Positions 58,001-64,000 of a stretch of DNA of 64,000 nt are shown one piece after another; within the stretch, counting starts at the first letter, position 1, and every line of letters starts with the position of its first letter. Below the pieces are notes generated by a model. The model was not told the origin of the DNA and ran no database searches. It worked only from the letters and a program-made list of their open reading frames with translations. A program made the position numbers and the translations under genes. Where the stretch lies: NCBI GenBank assembly GCA_005222965.1, contig NJBG01000001.1, positions 435,061-499,060 of the forward strand, read 5' to 3'. This DNA is from Candidatus Woesearchaeota archaeon B3_Woes (GTDB lineage Archaea; Nanobdellota; Nanobdellia; Woesearchaeales; B3-WOES).

Positions 58001-58607
58001 GAAGATATTGGAGGTTTGTAATACGTTCATGGTAATCATATAATTCAGTTATATATCTTTTAATTTCTTGTTCGGTTGGATCATAAACCTCAAAACCCAT
58101 CTTTTTTCTTATATAATCTGCTATCAAAACAGAAACAGATGCTCCTGTTCCTCCTGCGCTCCTTATTGGTCCAGAAAAATATAATTTAAAATAATCTTTT
58201 CCATCCTTCCTTTTTTCTATTTGTAATTTAGTAAACCCCTCTAAAGGGCTTGCAACCGTTCCAAGAGTATGATAAGCAAAACCAACCCTTATTCCCACTT
58301 CCATTGCTTCTGTTTTGTCTTTAAACTTGCAAAATTTCTCTTTTGCTACTTCCTCTGCAATAAGAAGAGAAACTCTCCAATCAAGAACACCATATTTTTT
58401 TTCTAATTCTCTTAATCTCTTAGCAACGCCTTTATCAACAATTTGGGGTGCAACAGTGGAAATAATTCCTTCTACCCTCTCTGCCATGTCTTTAGCTACA
58501 GGAATCTCTACTTTCGGCTGGGGGTCGTGTCCTTTTTTTCTAGCTTCTGTTGCTGCTTTATACGCTTGTTTTAATTTTTTGTCTATTTCTTCAAAATATT
58601 CTTTCAT
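55092..58607 (-). CDS. DNA polymerase II (PolD) large subunit DP2
   Basis: 1171 aa. Central and C-terminal Zn fingers ([42 protein letters not shown]). Conserved DP2 catalytic-core blocks. No intein. Confidence 0.9.
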   Translation of the reverse strand: [1171 protein letters not shown]

Positions 58608-58611
58608 AAAA

Positions 58612-60180
58612 CTAAAACCTCATTATTTTCATATCTCTCGTCTTTAGATTTACAATAGGAACTCTGCAAGGTTCTGGATGATGTCCTACTTTCTCTTGAA
58701 AAGGCGTTTTAGACTGCCAACAGCTTCCACAAATTAAAGTAATGTTTTTGTAACTTGAAACAGAAGATTTATGGATATGTCCTGTAACAAAAAAATCAGG
58801 AATTTTATCTATAACTAAATTATCTTGGTTGGCGTCTGGAACATATAAAGTGGAAGTGTGGGTTGGCGCAAGATGTCTTCTTTTCAATAAAAATTTCATA
58901 ATAAGGTCTGCTCTATCATACCCTCCATTCATTCTTATTCCATCTACATTTGCAACATAATAATCAAAACTAAATCCATGATATAACAAAACATCAAAAC
59001 CAGAAAAATTATCAGAAGAGTGTATATTAACCATTGATGGGTTGCTTACCATATGTATATTTGGTAATTCCCATAACGATTTTGCAAAATCTTGGTATAA
59101 TTGGGGTTGTGGTTCTGCAATCCTCATTGCATCATGATTGCCGGGACAAACAATTAAATTTATGTTTGAAGGTATTTCTTTTAAGTATTTGGCGCATTCA
59201 TCATATTGTTTATAAATATCGTTTATAACAAGTTCCTCTTCTTGACCAGGGTATATCCCACATCCGTCAACAAGGTCTCCAACAATAAAAATATATTTTG
59301 TTTTTTTAGCAATTTCTTTTTGTTTTTCAGAACCAACCTCTCCTTTAATCCATTTGAGGAATTTCTGCATGTTTTCTTCTAAAAAATTGTCTGAGCCGAC
59401 ATGTAAATCTGACAAAAACAAAGCAAAAACCTCTTCATCTGCATTTTTTATCTCCTTATTTGAAGGTATTTCTGGCCATACAACATTATTTGCAAACACA
59501 ATATTCTCTCCGTTTACTCCCACAACCCCTATTATTTCATCTGCAACAATGTCTCTTGCTAATTTGAAAAGATCTGGTTTATTTTTATTAATTAAAACAT
59601 TTATAGAATCTGTCCGATCTTCCACAGTCAGGATTATATTGCCATTCTTAGTAATTTTTTTATCTCCAACAATGGCTATCAAAGATAGATTGTCTTTGTC
59701 TTGTTTTTGTTTTATTCTTTTAATAGATAATAAGTTTTGTAATTCCACCCTATTCTTTAATATTTTTTCAATACTATCGAATCTTTTATTAAACAAATAT
59801 ACAAAATCTTGGACTTCTCTTTTTTTAGATTCTTCATCATAAGAAAATATTATTTTAACATCTTTGTTCCCAATTGGTTTTTCTTCTTCGTTTCCATTCA
59901 TATATTCTGTGAATTTATCATATAGTTTGTCGTTCCCTTTTTTTGCTAAGACTACCGACTTATCATATTCCTTCCAATTGATGTCTTTTCTCGTTGATAC
60001 TAAAAATTCTTCTAGGTGTTGATCTAATATTAGAAAAGAATCAGAATCAATTTTATTTTTTATATTCTCATAAAATTGGTTTAAATCGACATCATTTTCA
60101 GCTAATTTCTCTATAATCTGTTTGCTAATTAGAATACTCTTATCTAAAAAAAACTTTATTATTTCTTTTTTGTCTTTCAT
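58612..60180 (-). CDS. DNA polymerase II (PolD) small subunit DP1 (calcineurin-like phosphoesterase, proofreading exonuclease)
   Basis: Metallophosphatase motifs FLSDLHVGS, IFIVGDLVD, PGNHD and HGF…GHIH. N-terminal OB domain. 522 aa. Confidence 0.85.
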   Translation of the reverse strand: MKDKKEIIKFFLDKSILISKQIIEKLAENDVDLNQFYENIKNKIDSDSFLILDQHLEEFLVSTRKDINWKEYDKSVVLAKKGNDKLYDKFTEYMNGNEEEKPIGNKDVKIIFSYDEESKKREVQDFVYLFNKRFDSIEKILKNRVELQNLLSIKRIKQKQDKDNLSLIAIVGDKKITKNGNIILTVEDRTDSINVLINKNKPDLFKLARDIVADEIIGVVGVNGENIVFANNVVWPEIPSNKEIKNADEEVFALFLSDLHVGSDNFLEENMQKFLKWIKGEVGSEKQKEIAKKTKYIFIVGDLVDGCGIYPGQEEELVINDIYKQYDECAKYLKEIPSNINLIVCPGNHDAMRIAEPQPQLYQDFAKSLWELPNIHMVSNPSMVNIHSSDNFSGFDVLLYHGFSFDYYVANVDGIRMNGGYDRADLIMKFLLKRRHLAPTHTSTLYVPDANQDNLVIDKIPDFFVTGHIHKSSVSSYKNITLICGSCWQSKTPFQEKVGHHPEPCRVPIVNLKTRDMKIMRF

Positions 60181-60205
60181 TTTTAGGTAAGAAGGTTTGA
60201 TTAAC

Positions 60206-61417
60206 TTAAGAGATATCCAAACCTTCCTCTAATATTTGTTTTATTTTTTTATTTGTGGTTTCAGGAGTAGATAAAGTGATTTCTCTTGTTCTTCCATATC
60301 TTCCTTTACTAATAACCCTTGCATTAATAATACCCATCATATCCATTTCAGCAATCAGATCCCCTATTCGTCTTTGGGTAAGTGGTTTAAGATTTATTTG
60401 ACTACATAAATTTTTATACGTATCATATATCTGTCCTGTTAAAATAACCTCATTATTTTTTGAATTTATAAGCAACATAGAGTATAAGGTTGCTTGTGAT
60501 TGTTTTGGTTGTGTTGTGATTATATCAAATACTCTGTCTTTCTCTATCTTTTCTTCTGCCTCATCAATGTGTTTGATATTAACGCTTTTAGATCCTTCTC
60601 TTTCTGCAACCTCTCCTGCTACTCTTAATAAATCTAAAGCTCTTCTTGCATCTCCATGTTCCTTTGCAGAATATGCAGCACATTTTTCAACAACCCCTTG
60701 TTTTAAAACGTTTTTCTTAAATGCTTTGTTTGATCTTTTTCTTAATATGTCCTGCAATTGAAGAGCGTTATAAGGTGGAAACAATATATCTTCCTCGGAT
60801 AATCTGCTTTTTACTCTGGGATCAATATTATCAATAAAACGGGAGTTATTAGATATTCCTACAATGGAAATTTGTGAATTTTTAAGTTCTTCATTTATAC
60901 TTATAAGATTATAAAGAATATCGTCCCCTGTTTTATTAACTAATTGGTCTATTTCATCTAAAACTATCAATAAAAACTTCTCTTTTTTATCAACAGCATC
61001 AACAAATATTCTATACACCCCATCTGTGGGGAGGCCAGTATCTGGTATTTTCTTGCCCATCTCCCTACCAAGCTGCGCAATAATTCTATATTCTGTATCT
61101 GCAACCCTTTTTAATTTACAATTCACATATATTACTGTTATGGGTTTATCTGCTTTTTCTGCTGCTTCTTTTAATTGATTTGTGATATGTTTTATAGAAA
61201 CAGTTTTTCCTGTTCCGGTCTTGCCATATATAAAAAGATTAGACGGCCTTTCTAACTTCATTACAGGGGCCAATATGTTTTGTATTTTCTCGATTTGTTC
61301 TCCTCTATGTTCAATAGTATCAGGCAAATAAGATATTTGTAATATTTTTTTATTGGTAAATATTTCCTCTTTTTTTAAGAAATTTTCAAAGAAATTTGAT
61401 GAATTTTGTTTTTTCAT
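60206..61417 (-). CDS. cdc6: Orc1/Cdc6 origin-recognition and initiator protein
   Basis: AAA+ Walker A YGKTGTGKTV. Walker B LIVLDEID. Sensor motifs. C-terminal winged helix. Confidence 0.9.
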   Translation of the reverse strand: MKKQNSSNFFENFLKKEEIFTNKKILQISYLPDTIEHRGEQIEKIQNILAPVMKLERPSNLFIYGKTGTGKTVSIKHITNQLKEAAEKADKPITVIYVNCKLKRVADTEYRIIAQLGREMGKKIPDTGLPTDGVYRIFVDAVDKKEKFLLIVLDEIDQLVNKTGDDILYNLISINEELKNSQISIVGISNNSRFIDNIDPRVKSRLSEEDILFPPYNALQLQDILRKRSNKAFKKNVLKQGVVEKCAAYSAKEHGDARRALDLLRVAGEVAEREGSKSVNIKHIDEAEEKIEKDRVFDIITTQPKQSQATLYSMLLINSKNNEVILTGQIYDTYKNLCSQINLKPLTQRRIGDLIAEMDMMGIINARVISKGRYGRTREITLSTPETTNKKIKQILEEGLDIS

Positions 61418-61471
61418 AGAATATTGTTGTTTTTATTTCCTATATAAGGATTATTGAACTATAAAATACAT

Positions 61472-61499
61472 ACCCCTTTACTTCTATTGGAGATAGTGG
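61472..61499 (-). promoter_or_regulatory. ORB-like element (inverted orientation)
   Basis: accccttta-cttctattggaga is a reverse-complement match to the archaeal ORB consensus TTCCAGTGGAAAcgAAAGGGGT (GGGGT tract plus TCCA-n-TGGA core). Confidence 0.45.
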
Positions 61500-61797
61500 T
61501 TCAAAAAATGGGTGTTTTGCTTAAATAATCTATTTATTTTATTCATTGTTTTTCTATGTATTTAAACATATATTATAAAAAACATATTTTTTTAAATAAC
61601 TATTTTAAAATATAAAACGAATAATATATATTTATTCTCTCTTATTATTATTTTCAATATTGAAAACAATATTATATTATAATATACATATAAGATTATA
61701 ATTATTCAAAATATACTTAATAAAATACATATCAAAAAACCAATAATAGAAAAGATATATACAAAAAACACCAAAAAACCAATTTTTTGATAAAAAA

Positions 61798-61820
61798 TCT
61801 TCCACACGCAACAAAGGGGT
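61798..61820 (+). promoter_or_regulatory. ORB-like element (forward orientation)
   Basis: cTTCCACACGCAACAAAGGGGT against consensus TTCCAGTGGAAACGAAAGGGGT. Confidence 0.5.
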
Positions 61821-61905
61821 AACAATCATAGAAAAACCCTTTTTATCACTTTAGAATAACAACAAAATAGAAAGATTTAAATACTGTATACCCATCTTCT
61901 TTCTT

Positions 61906-61915
61906 GAAAAGGGGT
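61906..61915 (+). promoter_or_regulatory. Mini-ORB-like G-string (GAAAAGGGGT)
   Basis: Third copy of the AAAGGGGT tract, 90 bp downstream of the forward ORB. It lacks the TTCCA half-site. Confidence 0.3.
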
Positions 61916-61949
61916 TCTGATAATTTAAACAACGTTTGGGGGAATAAAG

Positions 61950-62762
61950 ATGATCGCACAAAAGAATTTTTTATCAAAATTAAGAGATTTTGGCCTAAAT
62001 ACTTATGAAAGTAAGCTTTGGACTGCTTTGTTGTCTAGAGGGGTTTCAACAGCAGGAGAACTATCAAATATAGCAAACGTACCAAGATCTAGAACCTATG
62101 ATGTACTAGAAAGTTTAGAAAAAAAAGGTTTTATTATATTAAATGTAGGAAAACCAATAAAATATCTTGCAGTTCCTCCTGAAGAGGTTGTCGAAAGAGT
62201 AAAAAAGAAAGTAAAAGAAGAATCAGATACAAAAACAATTTTACTCGAAGAACTTAAAAATTCCACAATTCTTGAAGAACTTAATATTATTCACAAACAA
62301 GGTTCCTCTGAAATTGAACCATCAGACCTGGTGGGATATTTTAAAGGGAAAAAAACCATTTACAACAATATCGAATTAATGATAAGAGAAGCAAAAACTT
62401 CTGTTCTCCTTATGACAAATGAAGAAGGAATTAAAACACAAAAACACATATTATTAGATGTTTTATCAAAAAATAAAGATAAAAAAATTGATGTAAAAAT
62501 AGCTGCACCAATAACCAAAGAAAACATAAAAGAAGCAAAAGAACTTTCAAGATTCGCAGAAATAAGAAACACAAAAAATAAATCAAGGTTTTGTATTATA
62601 GATGGCGAAAAAATTATATTTATGCTTTTAGATGATACAAATCTAGATCCAAACTATGACTGTGCAGTATGGGCAGAATCTAAACCATTCTTAACATCAT
62701 TAAGAGATTTGTTTGAATCAAACTGGCCAAACCTAGAACCTTTAAACAAAATAAAAATTTAA
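61950..62762 (+). CDS. TrmB-family transcriptional regulator
   Basis: N-terminal wHTH LGLNTYESKLWTALLSRGVSTAGELSNIANVPRSRTYDVLESLEKKGFI. 270 aa with a C-terminal effector-like domain. Confidence 0.75.
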   Translation: MIAQKNFLSKLRDFGLNTYESKLWTALLSRGVSTAGELSNIANVPRSRTYDVLESLEKKGFIILNVGKPIKYLAVPPEEVVERVKKKVKEESDTKTILLEELKNSTILEELNIIHKQGSSEIEPSDLVGYFKGKKTIYNNIELMIREAKTSVLLMTNEEGIKTQKHILLDVLSKNKDKKIDVKIAAPITKENIKEAKELSRFAEIRNTKNKSRFCIIDGEKIIFMLLDDTNLDPNYDCAVWAESKPFLTSLRDLFESNWPNLEPLNKIKI

Positions 62763-62875
62763 TTTTGATTTATAAACTAATTTTTATTCTTTTTTAATAA
62801 TCAAAAGAAAACCTTTAAATAATAGTTATTCTATATTAGAGACAACACAATCCAATTATCAAAAAGAGGTGAAAA

Positions 62876-63109
62876 ATGGCATTAAATTTAGAAGGAGTAA
62901 TTCTTAGTATCATAATCGGTACTTTAGCAGCTATAGTATACAGTTTAAGGGTTCTTGTATTAATGGAGAGAAGAGTATCAAGAATTGAAGGCCATATAGA
63001 AACAATTGCTGCAAAAATATTAAGAGAAGAACTTAGAATAGAAAAAGCCCTTAAAATTAGGAAAACAACAACAAAAAAAGCAGCCAAAAGGAAGAAAAAG
63101 AAAAAATAA
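62876..63109 (+). CDS. Small membrane protein with a basic C-terminal tail
   Basis: 77 aa. TM ILSIIIGTLAAIVYSL, then a helical and K-rich tail (KKAAKRKKKKK). Confidence 0.3.
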   Translation: MALNLEGVILSIIIGTLAAIVYSLRVLVLMERRVSRIEGHIETIAAKILREELRIEKALKIRKTTTKKAAKRKKKKK

Positions 63110-63139
63110 TTCTTCTTAATTTTTCATAAATTATATAAT

Positions 63140-64000
63140 ATGAAATTTGATAAAATAGTTAGGGATATAAAAGATTTAAAGATTCAATCAGCAGAGAACA
63201 TAGCAAAACACGCTGTCTTGGCTTTAAAAGATTATTCTAATAACATAGATACAATCACCAAAACAAAATTCATAGATGAATTAGAAAAAGCCAAAACGAT
63301 ATTGTTTCAAACAAGACCTACAGAACCTTGTATGAGAAATGCTTTAAATTTTGTTACTCATGATTTAGATGCTTCTTCTTTGAATAAACTCCAAAAAAAA
63401 CTCAATTTAAGGATAAAACAAGCACTATTTCATTTAGAATCTACTGAAAACACTATTGCAAAAATTGGTGCCAGGAAAATAAAAAACAAACAAATAATAT
63501 TTACACATTGCCATTCCTCAACTATTATGGCCATACTAAAAAAAGCAAAAAAACAAAACAAAACTTTTGAAGTACACAACACAGAAACAAGACCAAAATT
63601 TCAGGGAAGGATAACAGCTTTAGAATTAAATAAAGAAAAAATACCTATAACACACTATATAGACTCTGCAGCAAGACTAGCAATAAAAAAAGCAGATATA
63701 ATGATTATAGGATGCGATGCAATAGATTCAGAAGGAAAATGTTACAATAAAATGGGGTCTGAAATGTTTGCCGAAATAGCAGATAAATTTGATGTCCCTC
63801 TTTATATTGCCACAGATTCTTGGAAATTTGATCCCAAAACTATTTTTGGATTTAATGAAGAAATAGAAAAAAGAAGCAGAGATGAAGTATGGGTTAATGC
63901 CCCTAAAAAAATAAAAATAGAGAATTACGCTTTTGAAAAAATTAAACCAACTTTAATCTCAGGAATTATATCAGAAATAGGTATTTTCAAACCACAATTA
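63140..64000 (+). CDS. eIF-2B alpha/beta/delta family protein (translation initiation factor eIF2B subunit / ribose-1,5-bisphosphate isomerase-like), 3'-truncated by the window end
   Basis: ATG at 63140. Translation MKFDKIVRDIKDLKIQSAENIAKHAVLAL…IFTHCHSSTIMAIL…IGCDAIDSEGKCYNKMGSEMFAEIADKFDVPLYIATDSWKF matches conserved eIF2B-family blocks. No stop before 64000. Confidence 0.65.
   Translation, partial: MKFDKIVRDIKDLKIQSAENIAKHAVLALKDYSNNIDTITKTKFIDELEKAKTILFQTRPTEPCMRNALNFVTHDLDASSLNKLQKKLNLRIKQALFHLESTENTIAKIGARKIKNKQIIFTHCHSSTIMAILKKAKKQNKTFEVHNTETRPKFQGRITALELNKEKIPITHYIDSAARLAIKKADIMIIGCDAIDSEGKCYNKMGSEMFAEIADKFDVPLYIATDSWKFDPKTIFGFNEEIEKRSRDEVWVNAPKKIKIENYAFEKIKPTLISGIISEIGIFKPQL

Larger units (their letters stand above)
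61418..61949. other. Putative chromosomal replication origin (oriC): very AT-rich unwinding region flanked by inverted ORB-like elements, between cdc6 and trmB
   Basis: 532-bp non-coding, extremely AT-rich stretch adjacent to orc1/cdc6 and the PolD operon. Contains ORB-like motifs (see separate entries). Confidence 0.55.

Noticed and set aside
1-64000. CRISPR arrays, transposases, integrases and tRNAs
   Set aside because: No short direct repeats with unique spacers were seen. The only tandem repeats are the coding 165-bp repeats inside the adhesin gene. No DDE, HTH-transposase or tyrosine-recombinase motifs appear in any ORF. No tRNA-like cloverleaf was found in the intergenic regions inspected, and the only structured RNA recognised is the 5S rRNA.

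Overview
This 64 kb window comes from a very AT-rich archaeal genome. The core information-processing genes are all archaeal: TBP, MCM, PolD DP1 and DP2, Orc1/Cdc6, RadA, RadB, RPA, aIF2-beta, MBF1, RNase P Rpp30, ribosomal protein S2 and a stand-alone 5S rRNA. The compact gene content, the split NFACT protein and the purine-salvage pair suggest a reduced-genome (DPANN-like) archaeon, but that is inference. The window divides into four parts. (i) 0-9.7 kb is a glycan-biosynthesis cluster: two GT4 glycosyltransferases, an SDR epimerase, UDP-glucose dehydrogenase and three radical-SAM/SPASM enzymes embedded among them. (ii) 12.4-17.3 kb is a minus-strand operon encoding a processive GT2 (QxxRW motif), two paralogous ArnT/PMT-like GT-C membrane transferases and a thioredoxin-like protein. 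(iii) 21.9-47.2 kb is a large minus-strand accessory island, largely translationally coupled, encoding about 18 proteins with archaeal class III (type IV pilin-like) signal peptides. Many share a K-K-[A/S/G]|Q cleavage motif, and four are paralogous small 6-Cys pilin-like proteins. The island also encodes two giant cysteine-rich surface proteins. One is 1978 aa, with tandem CGDG...EQCD repeats, thrombospondin type-3 calcium-binding repeats, a C-terminal TM anchor and a polybasic tail. The other is 1118 aa, with MopE-type CDGxDNDCDG motifs. An SLT-like lytic transglycosylase domain protein, a secreted FGE-sulfatase domain protein and a small RHH regulator sit in the same island. No pilus ATPase, platform protein or prepilin peptidase is visible in the window. 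(iv) 47.3-64 kb is a replication and translation island: TBP, MCM, an RPA32-like OB-fold protein, PolD DP2 and DP1, and Orc1/Cdc6. Next to cdc6 is an AT-rich putative oriC flanked by inverted ORB-like elements. No CRISPR array, transposase or integrase was seen.
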